From NCBI RefSeq assembly GCF_018350175.1, contig NC_058368.1, positions 142,664,001 to 142,728,000 of the forward strand: a DNA stretch of 64,000 nt, in the 5' to 3' direction. Below are positions 13,894 through 27,808 of the stretch, in pieces (position 1 is the stretch's first letter; every line of letters starts with the position of its first letter). Below the pieces are notes generated by a model. The model was given only the letters and a program-made list of their open reading frames with translations. It ran no database searches and was not told the origin of the DNA. Source of the stretch: Felis catus (Eukaryota). Both the position numbers and the translations under genes were made by a program.

Positions 13894-14122
13894 GTTGTTG
13901 TTGTTTTTTTAATTTTTTTTTCAACGTTTATTTATTTTTGGGACAGAGAGAGACACAGCATGAACGGGGGAGGGGCAGAGAGAGGGAGACACAGAATCGG
14001 AAACAGGCTCCAGGCTCCGAGCCATCAGCCCAGAGCCTGACGCGGGGCTCGAACTCACGGACCGCGAGATCGTGACCTGGCTGAAGTCGGACGCTTAACC
14101 GACTGCGCCACCCAGGTGCCCC
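13894..14122 (-). mobile_element. Young felid CAN-SINE
   Basis: Diagnostic GGTGGCGCAG/TTCAGCCAGG/GTCCCAAAAA subfamily; perfect TSD aaaagtaatttgtt at 13880 and 14123. Confidence 0.96.
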
Positions 14123-14134
14123 AAAAGTAATTTG

Positions 14135-15630
14135 TTTTAAATTAGCTTTATTAAAATATAATTTACAAATCATACAATTCACCCATTTAAAGTGTTCAGT
14201 TAGGGGGTGCCTGGGTGGCTCAGTCGGTTAAGCATCCCACCCTTGATTTTAGCTCAGGTCATGATCTCACTGTTTGTGAGCTTGAACCCTGCAACAGGCT
14301 CTGTGCTAACAGGGTGGAGCCTGCTTGGCATTCTCTCTCTCCTCTCTCTCTGTCCTTCCCCCATGCTCTCTCTCTCCCTCTCTCTCTCTCAAAATAAATA
14401 AACATAAAAAAAAAATAAAGTGTACGGTTAAATATTTTTAGAGTATTCAGAATTATAAAATAACATCCAATAAAACAAAATCGAATTTTATTTTTTCCCC
14501 TACTAAATAAAAATTATGTACCCTCGCAGAAGCCCTAGGCAATCACTAATCTGTAGCGTTCCTTCAGATGTGCCTATTCCAGACATTTTATAGAAATGGG
14601 ATCATAGAATACGTGGTCTTATGTGACTAGCTTCTTTAACTAAGTGTAATGTTTTCAAGGTTCATCCATGTTGTAACATTTATCAAGCACTTCATTCCTT
14701 TAAATGGCTGAATAATATTTCATTGTACGGATATAACATGTTTTCTTTATCCACCCATCAGTTGATGGACATTTGGTCCACTTTTTGGCTATTATGAATA
14801 ATCCTGTTATGGCTGCTCATGTACAAGTTTTTGTATGGACCCTTGTTGTCATTTCTCTTGCATATATACCTAGGACTGGACTTGCTGGATCATATGGTAA
14901 TTCTATATTTAACATTTAAAGACCTGCCAAACTGTTTTCCAAAGCAGCTGTGCCATTTACACTCTCACCAGCCCGGTATGAGCATTCCAATTTGTCCACA
15001 TCCTCGGTATCACTTGTTAATGTCTGTCTTTTTGATTATAGCCATCTTAGTATGAAGTGGTATCTCACTGTGGTTTTGATTTACATTTTCCTTTTCATGT
15101 GGATATCGACTATTTGTATAGCTTCTTTGGAGAAATGTCTATTCAGATACTTTGCTCATTTTTAAATTGGATTATTTGTCTTTTTATAATTTGTAACTGG
15201 GTTGTATATATTCTGGATGCAAGTCCCTTATCAGATACATGATTTGTTAATGTTCTCTCCAAGTCTCTGGGTTGTTTTTTGTTTGTTTGTTTGTTTGTTT
15301 GCTTTCTTGATAGTATCATTTGCAGAACAAAGGTTCAAAATTTTTGATGTGTTCCAACTTGTCTATTTTTCCTTTTGTTGCTTTTGGTGTTTTATCTATG
15401 AAACCAGGGCTTAATCCAGGGTCGCAGAGATTTACTTCTACATTTTCTTCTGAGAACATTATAGTTTTAGCTCTTACACTTAGGTCTCTGACCCATTTTA
15501 AGTGAATTTTTGTGTATGCTGTGAGGTAGGGATCCAATTTCATCCTTTCACATGTGGATATCCAGTTATCCCAGTACCATTTATTGAAAAGGTTACTCTT
15601 TCCCAGGTGAACTATCTTGGTACCCTTGTC
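14135..15630 (-). mobile_element. L1 (L1MA/L1MB-like) 3' end including the ORF2 C-terminus
   Basis: ORF 15316..15543 MKLDPYLTAYTKIHLKWVRDLSVRAKTI is L1 ORF2p-like; antisense 3' UTR motifs follow. Confidence 0.9.
14203..14415 (+). mobile_element. CAN-SINE inserted in L1
   Basis: TSD taaagtgt(tca/acg)gtta at 14188 and 14416. Confidence 0.92.
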
Positions 15631-16439
15631 ACAAATGCAGCTGATTCTAACACACAGCTCAGGGTGAGAATCACTAATCTTGAGACTTGTTACAGGAAGT
15701 CACATGTGATTATATGTTCTAACTTCTTGATTTTCTTCAATAGAGCAAAAGATGGGTGACTAGCTTCTCGGACACTTATGTAATGAGCCCATGTATAATG
15801 ACAATGGCTTCCCCTTGAAAATACATCCTAGGTCCTCAGAAAGTACCTTAGGAAACCCATTGATAACTCCCTACCATCAGTCCCTTTAAAACACCCCTGT
15901 ATAGGGATATAAGTACCTTGAACACAATTGTTTTGCATATGATGCAGTTTCTTCCCCAGAGATATGTGTACCAAAGTGAGATGGAAAAAAAAAAAGTGTT
16001 TTGTGTGTTCATGACACAGTCTTCAGTGAAATCAAATGTGTGATCACCACAATCTTATACATAAATAGTGGCTTCACCAAACTCATAAATGCTTATGGGG
16101 ATGGATTATGGTTATAATACAACATGTGTTAGCTTCTATCTTCTTTATGTATCTATGTATTTATAGGTAATGTGACAAATATTGTAGTACTTCATGATAA
16201 TACTGTATACTGTATACTGTTCGGAATACTTATACTGTTCGGAAGTTTTATTGCCACACAACCAAAGCACTAGAAAGTAGACTGTGAACTGCTTCAGTAG
16301 TTTGTGGTCCTCCTCCTGACCAGTTCTCAAGACCTCACTCTCTGACATGCAGTCCTGCACAGTCTGTAAGGGCATAGCCTTTCAGGGTCTTCATCTCAAG
16401 TCCACAAGGCTCTATAATCCAGAGCCTTTTTTTCCCACT

Positions 16440-16562
16440 CACTAGCAGAGGGTGGATAAAAGTACCTTCTTACAGAACTGTTGTGAGAATTCAATGAGGT
16501 AGCCTACATAAAGCACATACACATAAAGCTTGAGACACAATATGTGCTGAATAAGCTGGTAG
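16440..16562 (+). mobile_element. MIR fragment
   Basis: aaaagtaccttcttacagaactgttgtgagaattcaatgag core. Confidence 0.65.
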
Positions 16563-17434
16563 CTTAAAAACAAGAACACCTTTATTGCAGAATGGGATCA
16601 TGACTCTGTGGACATGGAAAGAATATAACCACACATACAAGACTATAACCTGAGACACGCTTATAAGAATAATATGGAACAGTGGAACATTTATATTCCC
16701 AACCATTCTTCTTGCTGGTAAGAATTCCCCTTATGAAATATACTGGTGTAGCTATAACTTCAGTTTCTAAGACGTGTAACATATTCTCTCCCATGTGAGA
16801 CTCTTGTTTCAGAAAAGTATCAGTGTCAAAAATAGCTAAGTCGCACAGTCTACTTATCATGAACTGCATATAAAAACGATATAATGTCATCTGTTATCTA
16901 GGGATTTTCCCTATTTTTCAGATTAAAGGACATGGTGTAGTTTGCTATACAAGCAACACTATCTTCATTAGGTTGTTCATTCCATTTGTGAAATTTAAAT
17001 CTCTGAATAATGACTGATGATGTTTGTGGGAAATGAGTTTTCAATAATCACACAAGTTCATGTAAATGACCTCATTTTATTATGGCAAGGTAATGGAAGT
17101 TTTTACTATGGCAAATGTTTGGGCTCCAGACTGATAGGGACAAAGCAGAGCTCTCTAATTAGCTTCTTAAGATAGGCACCTAAAGGACTGTTCAAAGATC
17201 TTTGCTGTGCAATGCTCACCACCCACCCCAGCTTACATTAATGATTATGGCAGTAAGTAGGCAAAGAACTCTGTGAAGAAAAAGAACCGTAGCATGTTGT
17301 TCACATTGACCGCTTAATGACAGAGACCTATCTCTAAACCAGTGAAATGGGCATGTTTCATCCATGTCTGTAACAGCCAAACTGGAGTTTGGTTGCAGTT
17401 TTATGTTGCAGTTTGTTTTGGCCAGGCTACTTTG

Positions 17435-17668
17435 AATAACAGTAGCTAATATTAATAGAGCATTTATTATGTGCCACATATCACTTTAGATGCTTTACAT
17501 GTATTATTGTATTTAATCCTTGACACTAGGACATAGATACAACCTTGGCACGGAGAAACTAAATGATTTGCAAGATCACGTGGTTTGAACAGGTGATAGA
17601 ATTGGGTTTGAGACTCAGGCAAATTAACTCCTGAATTCCCAACTTCTCACCACTATGCTAAACTGTCT
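17435..17668 (-). mobile_element. MIR
   Basis: agagcatttattatgtgcca…atttaatcct…gggtttgagactcaggc…cactatgctaaactg. Confidence 0.7.
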
Positions 17669-18344
17669 CCTTAGTAAGATGTGGGCGTGGCCTCACTATC
17701 GCCTTGAATGTCTTACATTTCCATTCATTCAGCTTATTTTCAAGGCTCTATTACCAAGTTAATATCTCTATTAACTTCAAATGCCTCCACTAACAAAAGA
17801 GATAATCATTTCCTCCACCCTCTTCTCTTAAAAACTTACATAATGTGGTATGCAGTTAATTATCTTTGATGACATTTTAGTATTCAATTTTAACTTATTT
17901 CAAATTTCATATTCTCCGGATTTGCTTTAAAAATAACAGGACACTGATCAGTGACTAGTTTCCAATATGCTATAAATATTTTCTAAAAGTCTACAGTTTC
18001 AGACGCTGAGATCACAGCACTGTCCATTTATAAATAGAGTTTCCAGTGTTTGACTTTCATTTTCCAACTAGTTGAAGGGTGGGGCACTAAAACATTCCCC
18101 ATAAATAAATGAAATGCTATTAAATTCCATACTCATTTTGCCACTAGCTGCTGACCATCTGTCATAAAAAGCCACACCCTGAAAAGCAGTATCAAATATT
18201 TAGAATAGAAATAGGCATGATGGTATTTTTGCAGATGAGATTTTGAAAAAAAAAAAAAAAAAAGTTACTGATTAAAAAACTCAAGAAACACCCGCATAGT
18301 AATATCCGTCCTGTTACCTCCTTATGAGCATCATCATCATCGTT

Positions 18345-18597
18345 ACCACCTTCATCTCGAGCAACTGAGCTGTGACTGTATTCCAGGCACTACGCTAGCT
18401 AGGTGTTTTATACATAGTCTTTCACTAAATGCTCACATAAGTGCCTGTGAGGTAGGTACTCCTAATGTTACATTTTACACACGAGGGAACGGACGCTTAT
18501 AGACGGTAAGTAACTTGCCCAAGGTCACACAAATAACAAATGGAAGAGATAAGACCTAAATCAGATCTAACCACAAAGGTCACATTTTTAGCCGTTA
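18345..18597 (-). mobile_element. MIR
   Basis: cctgtgaggtaggtact…cattttacacacgagggaac…taagtaacttgcccaaggtcacaca. Confidence 0.8.
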
Positions 18598-18599
18598 TA

Positions 18600-18913
18600 C
18601 AGTTGACCCTTTAACAATTTGAGGATTAGGGGTGCTGACCCCTGTGAAGTCAAACCTCCATGTACAACTTTTGACTCCCTCAAAAGTTAATTACTTACAA
18701 CTTAGCCTACTGTTGACCAGAACCCTTGCCAATAACATAAGTGGTTGATTAACACATGTATTATATGTTATATGTGGTATATACTATGTTCTTATAACCA
18801 AGTAAACTAGAAGAAACAAAATACATTTGCTGTACTGCGCTGTATTTATATTTAAAATTCTGTGTATAAGTGGACCCATGTGGTTCAAACCTGTGCCATT
18901 CAAAGGTCAACTG
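18600..18913 (+). mobile_element. Tigger2a-like non-autonomous TcMar-Tigger element
   Basis: TIRs CAGTTGACCCTT … AAAGGTCAACTG flanked by TA on both sides (18598-99, 18914-15). Confidence 0.88.
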
Positions 18914-20640
18914 TACCAGTGAAATTCCTGGAGGGACTTCTTTTCCTTGTTATGTGGGTCCAGGTGACTGGGTTTGCATAAATCCCATGTTCCTTAAAAA
19001 GTCATTTTAACATGCACACATAACCATGAATAAAGAATTTAGGCACGGGAATTACAAGATTTTGACTAAATGTGGTGAGGAAATACGTAACTTAAATTCA
19101 CTTGATATAAAGTTATATATGGAGAGATTGTTTTCATGTATATTTTTATTAAGAAATCTTATTAAATTTTTAAAGTAGGCTACTTAAGAAATAAGTAATA
19201 TTACTAAGAATAACTGCATCAGTCCCCTAAATATCATCTTTTCCTATTCATTACTGAAAAATAATTGGTAGGACTTCTGGGTTAGTCTCAGGGCAAACCA
19301 GCAGGGCCTAATATGCCTTTCTTCCAATTTCCATGATAATACCCATGAAGAATTACAAAAAGATGAAAACTGGCAAGCGCACTGGAAACTAAAGACCAGA
19401 TGCCAAAGTCTCCAGGGGATTTTCACTAATGCCAGTGCTGAAGACATGAACAACATATTCTTGAATTCTACCATAAGAATCAAAACCTGGTCCCAAAGAA
19501 AACAGAAAAAGATGGATTTGCTCTCTCTACCTCTAACTATGGGACTCAGAGATCACACTATAGATAAAAAGGGCAATGAACTCCCATTAGCTGTCTTCAG
19601 AACTAGCCTGTCACGGTTCTTCCTCCCTCACTTCCAGTTACATCCCCCCCACCCCCGCCCCATGTCCACCAAGGCAGCAAACACTAGCTTCCACGAGAGG
19701 AAACAGAAGAAACTAGACATAATATGGAGCATCCTTGCATGTGAACCCACCTGACCAAAGGGGGTAAAAAAATCTGAACCAAACCTCAGAGCGCTACATA
19801 CTGTGGGCTTAGGGTAGAAGCAGGTTTACTAAAAACGTCGGTAGAGAATCAAAGAATAATACATCATTTCTTAAACATTTTGCTTTAACTTACAAACACA
19901 TATATATTCCCTTGGCAGTCTTTGAACGCAGGGCTACTGGACAGAAGTACCTACCATCTTCATGACCATACTTAAAACCATACTTATGATATGGTTGCAC
20001 ACTTACATGCTTCTTCTAGAGTTTCTAGGGCTGTTTTCTTAAACTGGAGCAAGAGCCTAAGAACATGTGAGTTTCAAGATTTCTGCAGAATAACGGTGGC
20101 CATGTAAATTTTAATCTCTCCACACATTCTCCCTAGAAACCATCTTGAAAAGGAAAGAAAGTAAAATCACTCCACGGCTAAAGCCTACAACACACGCGGG
20201 AGACAGAACGTGCTTAAGCCCTGGATGGCTGTGAGGAAATAAGCATCTGAGGCCTGAAGAGTCAGCACCAGTGTCAACTAGAGGAGAGTCAGGCTGGGAT
20301 TATGCAAAAGAGGGTCAGGGAGCACAAGAGGGAAGGACTCACATTGTGCTTGGAAACATACACCCCAGAAATAGAGGGCCCCACCCAGAGTGATAAAAGA
20401 TTGAGATACAGTTCTGATACCGAGTGGATCAGAGAACAGGTTACTGAGGGTTCAAAAGGAAGGGCTTGGACAGCGTGCAGGACAAGAGTGGCACTCTCAG
20501 GCAGGCACCAATTCTGACAGGAGCAGTTGGAAGGTGGATAGTAAAGGGAAAGAAGGAAGGGCAAAAGATTAGGGTCCTACTGAAACAACCGAGCAACATA
20601 GAATCACAAGAAGGTGGACCAGAAAGACAAGGGAACATTT

Positions 20641-20880
20641 GTTTGTTTGTTTGTTTGTTTGTTTGTTTGTTTATTTTAACGTTTATTCATTTTTGAGAGA
20701 CAAAGAGAGACACAGCATGAGCAGGGAGGGGGTGGAGAGAGGGAGACATAGAATCCAAAGCAGGCTCCAGGCTCTGAGCTGTCAGCACAGAGCCCGACAC
20801 GGGGCTTGAACTCACGAACTGCGAGATCACGACTTGAGCCGAAGTTGGACGCTCAACCTACTGAGCCATCCAGGCGCCCC
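20641..20880 (-). mobile_element. CAN-SINE with (CAAA)n tail
   Basis: TSD gggaacattt at 20631 and 20883. Confidence 0.94.
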
Positions 20881-20913
20881 ATGGGAACATTTATTTTTAA
20901 AAGTGCACTTCTT

Positions 20914-21040
20914 GGGGGTGCCTGGGTGGTTCAGTCAGTTAAACATCTGACTCTTGGTTTCAGGTCAGGTCATGATCTCATGGTTCGTGAGTTCAAACCC
21001 AGCGTCAGGCTCCACACTCACAAGTGCAGAGCCTGCTTGG

Positions 21041-21091
<51 letters not shown>

Positions 21092-21125
21092 CCTCCCCCA
21101 AATAAATAAACTTTTTTAAAAAAAA
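20914..21125 (+). mobile_element. CAN-SINE
   Basis: Head gggggtgcctgggtgg, long (CT)n, A tail. Confidence 0.9.
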
Positions 21126-21449
21126 GTATATTTTATTTTGCAGTAAAAGAAGGTACTCTTGAACTAAGAAATAAATGAAACTATCCAAATCCCATCTGCA
21201 CAGACTGCCTGCCCATCATGTCCAGGAAAAGCTGACCTATGTACATGTGAACAACAAAAAGAACCCAGCATCTAAACCAAGTTAATATGGGAGTTTAAAA
21301 AATAGGAGATGAGAATTAAAACTTTTGGGCAAATGAAAGCATTCTCCCCACTACAGCAAACAACAAACAACAACAACAACAAAAACAAAAGAAAGAAAAA
21401 GAAAAAGAAAGAAAAGAAAGCCACAAAGCAGAAAAAAATGGTTACATGA

Positions 21450-22220
21450 TATTTCAACATGAATTAAATAGAATTAAATCAGCAATTGCCAATATAAAAA
21501 AATACCATGAATCAAAAATTTTAAAACTCTGACAACGAACTAAGGGAAGAAACTAAAAGAAAAGACAAAATCTCATAAGTGAAGGGATAGTATACATAAC
21601 TGAAAGTATGTGAAGGCATGTAAACGATAAAAAATGAAAAGAGAGAAGATAATTAGAATAAAGAAAAAGGGCCAGAGAAAAACACAAACAAAAGATATAT
21701 AAATAAGATTCAATAATATCTATAATGGGAGTCACTGAAGAAGAAACACAAAACAGCAAAACATTTAGAACTGTAATTCACAGCTCTCTGAAATGAAAGA
21801 CCTGAATGTACAGACTGAAAGAACTCACTGTACATTTAAGAAAACTGACCCAGCACAGTCACTTTGAGACAGAGCTAGTAAATGTCTTAGACTTTAAATC
21901 ATAATAATAGTAATAATTAAAATCTTCTGAGCCTCCAGGCAAAAGGACCAAATCACTTGCAAAGGAAATGAAATCAGGTTGACATTAAGCTTACCAACAG
22001 CAGCATAAAAAAACAAAGAGTGGGATAACATTTTCAAGAAACTCAAGCAAAGAAAGTATGAAACAAGGATTTAATATCAGTTGAACTGTTTTTCAATTAT
22101 CAAGGTTATGGAAAATGCTTCAATAAATATGCAAGAATTCAAAGAATCCTGAGAAATCTATTTAAGAATTAATTCCTCCAAATAAGAGATAGTTGAGAAC
22201 ATTTCAGAAAAGGACAAGGG
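21450..22220 (+). mobile_element. Very old L1 ORF1 remnant
   Basis: aataatatctataatgggagtcactgaagaagaa, ctgaatgtacagactgaaagaactcac and aaaggaaatgaaatcaggttgaca echo L1 ORF1p motifs (NIxIIGVPEEE, IERAH, GxxIRL). Confidence 0.7.
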
Positions 22221-22460
22221 GTTAGCAGGGAATATATTATTCTAAAATAAAATTGTGAGTAAGGATAGAAGAACAGTATCATGTATATTACATGCTCTGA
22301 TTAGGTAGAAATAATACAACTAAGAATAAAACTGGAAGAAAGGGTAAAACACGAGAGGTGAAAGTTCAATACGCTAGTTAGTTTCCTCGAAGGTAATAAG
22401 CAGAAGTCAAAGATGCCAGGTAGTAGAACCTAAGTCAAAGAGGACTAAGAAAATTATATA

Positions 22461-22903
22461 CAGATCCTCCTTGACTTATAATGGGAATATGTCCCAATAA
22501 ACCCATTTGAAGTTGAAAATAGAATAAACTGAAAATGCATTTAATACACCCAACCTATGGAACATCATAGCTTGGCCTGCCTTAAACGCGCTCAGAACAC
22601 TCACATTAGCTTACAATAGGGCAAATCATCGAACACAAGCCTATTTTACAACAAAGTGTTAAATACATCATGTAATTTAATAGATACTGTACTGCAAGTG
22701 AAAAACAAAATGGTTGTCCACGTATCAGTTGTTCATACTCTCAAGATTGCTTTGACTGGCTGCGAGCTTGCCAGCAGCATCGTACCACATATTACTAGTG
22801 GGGGAAAAGATCAAAGGTCAAGATTTAAAGTGTGGTTTCTACTGAATGTGTACCATTTTTGCACCATCATGAAGTCAAAAAATTATAAACCAAGGACTGT
22901 CTG
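22461..22903 (+). mobile_element. MER47/Tigger5-family element
   Basis: Starts CAGATCCTCCTTGACTTA, ends GGACTGTCTG, TA on both sides; internal aatgcatttaatacacccaacct as in MER47. Confidence 0.88.
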
Positions 22904-23670
22904 TAAGGATATTAGTATAATGAACACTAGAATAAAATGTAACTCATTCTAAATATTAAAAGAACTAAAAAATCAAAGGTCAAAGATCTTAGTAAATATA
23001 ACATAAAACAATACGACGAAGCTAGGAATAAAAATACCAGTCATAGCAATGTATATAAACTCACCTCCTAAAATAAAATATTTTCTGATTGGATCATCAC
23101 GAAAAACCTAACACTGCACCTAACAAATACAGAATACACATTCTTTTCAAGTTTCCATGGCACAGACACCACAAAAGATCATATGTGGAGCCAAGCTCAA
23201 ATTTAAAAGGACTCAGTAATAAAAGTATGTCCTCTGACCACAAGAGAATTAAGCTAAAAATCAATAACTAGAGAAAACCTAACACATTTGTAAATTAAGC
23301 AACACGCTTCTAGAGGCTTAGGTCAAGGAAGAAATCACTTGCACTGTCCCCACTGTTATATTTACCACAAATTTTGACATAAATTCTGCCTTGTCAGATA
23401 CCAGGATGGCAATCTCAGCCTTCTTTTCCGTTTGTAGGAAAACCTTTGCTATAATGGTACTTACCAGAAGACAATAGAGCAATGTCTATAGAATCTTGAG
23501 GAGAAGAGATTTGGCAAGAATTGTGAAATTATTATCTATGCTTGAAGGTAATAGATACTCTTTCACATGCAAAGATTTTTTAAAAAACTCATCATTTATG
23601 TACCTCTGCTGAAAATTACTTTAAAATATTAAGCAACCAACCAAAAGATTAATTAAAATTAGGAACTGAA

Positions 23671-23896
23671 GGGGCGCCTGGGTGGCGCAGTCGGTTAAGC
23701 GTCCGACTTCAGCCAGGTCACGATCTCGCGGTCTGTGAGTTCGAGCCCCGCGTCAGGCTCTGGGCTGATGGCTCGGAGCCTGGAGCCTGTTTCCGATTCT
23801 GTGTCTCCCTCTCTCTCTGCCCCTCCCCCGTTCATGCTCTGTCTCTCTCTGTCCCAAAAATAAATAAAAAACGTTGAAAAAAAATTAAAAAAAAAA
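23671..23896 (+). mobile_element. Young felid CAN-SINE
   Basis: Perfect 17-bp TSD taaaattaggaactgaa at 23654 and 23897. Confidence 0.96.
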
Positions 23897-24179
23897 TAAA
23901 ATTAGGAACTGAAGAATGGCGAACCTATATAATAAAAGGAATGTTGGTAACATTAAAGATAATTAAACGTACAGATCAACATATATAATTTCTCTATAGG
24001 TGATTACAAAGTTGAATGCAGAAGAAAAACTTTTTGAAAAGAGTTATAAGATTCATAATATTATGTTTCAGAAAGCTGGGTCTACAATACCAGATTGAAT
24101 TAACAAGCCCTTGAAAATAGAAAATAAGCAGGAAAATCTTGATCAAGCAAGTAAAGGCACAATAAAATTTTCTTTGAGT

Positions 24180-25290
24180 ATTTCTGCTTGCAGCCAAGAT
24201 GGAGTAGCAGGCAGAGTAGACTTGCCCTCCTGCCTAAAACAACCTAAAGAAAACCAGAAAGAATAAATGAAACAAAAGTTTTCAAAACACGGAATACCAG
24301 GGAAAGGACAGTGATCCCTGAGGGGTAGGAAACAAAGGAGGTGAGTCTGATCATTAACCTAGCTTACTACCTTGAGAGAGTTTCCAGGCCCTGGTGCAGA
24401 GAAGGGAAGGTAATAGCCCAACAGAATCTCTGAGTTGAGAAGGTAGAACTGAGGGTTTAGGGAGACTGAGGAAACTAAAGTACATAGGACAGAGCACCAG
24501 AGAAGAGAAAGCTGCACAGAAGGAGATTTGCAGAGGGTCCCATAAAGTACTTAGCTGAGCACTGATCAGATGTATGTGAGGGAACTACCCCAAACTGGGG
24601 AAAGAACCATCAGAAAGGATGAGAGGGAACAGTGCCCAGCATTTCACACAGAGTTGGGAATAGCACCTGCTCCCTCCAGCCAGATTCACAGAGCACCGTG
24701 TAGATTACTGGGGAGGTTCTGACTCAGTCGTGGAGAATAATTAGCCCTAGGCTCAGCACAGGTCTGGACCTGCCTAATAAATTATAGAGCAATACCCAGA
24801 AGGATCAAACTATTTCTAAGTAACTACATCTCAGAACAAAGCGAGAAGATTTATAATAATACATAAATATCTAGCACCTAATGAGGCAAAATGCATAATA
24901 TCTGGCATCAAATCAAAGATTAAAAGTCATGGAAACATGCCCCATTGTAAAGGGAATAATCATTTAGTCACAACCAACCAAGAACTGACATAGATGTTGA
25001 AATCAGCAGAAGTCATTAAAAGTTACTTTAACTGTATTCTTTATGTTCATAAAGTTGACTAGACACATGGAGGACATAAAAAAGACCCAAATGAACTTCT
25101 AAAAATGAAAACCTACAAAGGGTGAGATGAAAAAAATGCTGAATAGAATTAATGGAAGATTAGCCACTGATAAAGAAATAATAAACTTACAGGTATAGCA
25201 ATAAAATCTATCCAAAATGAAATAAAGAAGAAAAGTAATTTTTTAAAAAATGAAAAAGCATCAGTAAACTAAGGGCAACTTTAAGTATCC
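24180..25290 (+). mobile_element. Old L1 (L1MC/MD-like) 5' UTR and ORF1 start
   Basis: cagccaagatggagtagc start; later ccaagaactgacatagatgttgaaatcagcaga and gaatagaattaatggaagattag ORF1-like motifs. Confidence 0.7.
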
Positions 25291-26105
25291 AAGTAAGAAG
25301 ACTGGATACTTTCATTCTTCCCAAATTAATATTAGGGTTTAATCTCATTCAATCTAATTTATAAAAAGTTTTTTTTAATTTAACAAAATAATTCTAGAGC
25401 TCAGAAAAAAATTTAAATGGTGGGACAGTGAAGAAATCTTTGCAAAGGAAATAGAATGGACAGGTGGATAACTATTTCTACCAGGTATTTAAACATACTC
25501 TAAAATTTATATTTACAACACATTACACATTACAACAGTGAGATGCTAACATGAGAGCAGCTAAGTGAGACTAAAACAGATGCACCAAGACAGATCACAG
25601 TAGTAATAAGAACTTAAAAAATAATTAAAGTGGTTCTATAAAGTGAAAATGAAAAGAGTATTTAATAATAATAACAATATAAATATTATTCAATAATAAT
25701 TATTCAATAATCAGTCTGGGTGGTCTTGGTAATACTTGGAGTAAAGTATCATTTTAAATCAGAGGTTCTTAATCTTTGGCTCATTGACCATTGGCCTTCA
25801 TGGTATCTGTGAAAGTGGGGTGTAGAGTGAGTTTTCCCTTCAACTTTCCTCTTGAAGTTGAATCCATAGGGCAGAAGATTTAAGTTTTAAAGTTATTAAG
25901 TTTTTAAAATATTTTACATCATCAGATAATACTTGATTGTCACTATTGTTACGTTCTAACATCCAGAAGGGTTTCCCATTGATGAGAAAGAAAAAAAAAC
26001 ATTCCTACCATTATGACTAGGGGTTCTGCTTTTGTTTACTTAAGTGTAATAAAATATAAAATAAGTAAAAAAAAAAAAGAAGAAACGCTGTGATATATTG
26101 ATCCT

Positions 26106-27502
26106 TTGAAATGTCTTAAAATAACCTATAGGCTGTTTACCAAGTTGAAATGCAGAAAAACTATACAGAAGTTCTTCTCCAAGAACTTGGAGAAGCCATG
26201 TCCCCTAGAAATGATAACGTGCTTTGTGGTTTGGAACGAAGAAAAACTGAAACAGGTGAAGGAGCTCCTATTGCAAATGATGTCACTCACTCCATAACTG
26301 CCATCTCTTCTAAAATTTTAATATTTTGAAGCAGGTCCAAGAGGAACTGATAACTTTGCAGCTAGCTAGTGAGGCCTCTGATGCTCTCAGCACAGCCACC
26401 TCTCTTACTGGGATTCCTAGTTCATAAGACCCTCTTGAAATTTTCAAAAACTACCAATATCTTGAAAATGGTATTCCAAGTAAATATCTGACTAGAAGAA
26501 AGTTCCAGAACCTTGGGCACAGACCAAGTATCCCTGACATTTGGCGGTCCATTTGTTTTTGCTGCTTTGGATAAGGAGCTCCAGATATCACTGTGACTGG
26601 ATACTTTCTCTACCAGCAGTTATGGGTGCCGAATGTAGCATCACTGATCCCAAATGATGGCTTGCCTAATGCTATGAGAAGCATCAACTTCAAGGCCAGA
26701 GGGGCTGAATCATTTGTTAGGATCTTTCATCAAGGAACAGGAGCAGAATGAAAGTAGTTCTTCATTTACTCAATAGAAATTTGCTGGATTTCCAGAGGAA
26801 AGTTTTGAAATGCTTGATTAAATTTGGGCAAGAAATTTCACCGTTTTTTTTTTTTTTTTTTCCAAATAGGACAGGAAAGCCCACTCAATCATAGTTTAGC
26901 ATACTTGGACAATATTTTTGGCCATATCTCTTGGCTAAAGCCCCGCAGTCAATATTATGTATGCTGCTCAAGAATGAAGCGCCCTTGTTCTATGGGAGAT
27001 GGGTCATTAGGAGGTCAGTATCCTTCTAACACTAAAGAAAGACTTTCCCCAATCTGTAGTTAAGGGTGCCCAAACTTTTTCCAACTTCTTGGCAGGCAGA
27101 AGCAAACATATGCCAAACTTTTAAAGGTTATTCATAATCAATATAATCTTAAGATTGAAATGTGGATTTAATAATCTAAAATCTGGCAATATGGATGAAC
27201 ATCCAAGTCCTTGACTTTGCCAAAGATAATAGCCTCAGTGAGTTGGGGACAGAGGAAATTATTCACCCTGAAGTCAACTATGTCTCAACTCAAGACTACC
27301 CTCATTTGGCAAAGTGTACTACAGACTTTTGACTCCATTTGCTATGGTGTGCTTTTGCAAGCCAGGATTTACAACACTTCTGCCACCAAAATAAAAATCA
27401 AAGCTGATTGGATATCAAGCATGACCCATATATTGTCATATAAAAACCACTCAAAATGTTCTCCTACTTCTATAAGTCAAACCACAACAGTTTTCACATT
27501 GA
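26106..27502 (+). pseudogene. Decayed Charlie/Buster-type hAT transposase ORF
   Basis: Colinear motifs across frameshifts: EKPCPLEM, LCGLERRK, PIANDVTHS, LKQVQEEL, GTDQVSLTFG, EICWISRGK-VLKCL (26776), LAYLDNIFGHI (26896), PFAMVCFCKPGFTTL, LDIKHD, QQFSH-stop (27500-27502). Confidence 0.85.
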
Positions 27503-27618
27503 AATTAGTGATATGCTGAGTTGAAGTTGAAATTTTGCTCTGCTTAGAAATGTTTGTTCTATTTCCTTTTCATCATAAAGCAGGTATTAAATTTTACATT
27601 AAAAATTAATGACAGATC

Positions 27619-27808
27619 AGGGTGCCTGGGTGGCTCAGTTGGTTGAGTGTCCAACTCAGGTCATGATCACATGGTTTGTGATCACAAGCCCTGCCTCGGG
27701 CTCACTGCTGTCAATGCAGAGCCCGCTTTGGATCCTCTGTCCCCCCCCCCTGTCCCTCCCTTGCTCGTTCTCTTTCTCTCTCTCAAAAGTAAATAAAACA
27801 TTAAAAAA
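27619..27808 (+). mobile_element. CAN-SINE inside the Charlie element
   Basis: Head agggtgcctgggtggctcag; flanking aaaaattaatga repeat. Confidence 0.9.

Noticed and set aside
26106..27502. Domesticated transposase gene (ZBED-like)
   Set aside because: Many frameshifts and stops, and degenerate catalytic motifs; it is a fossil.
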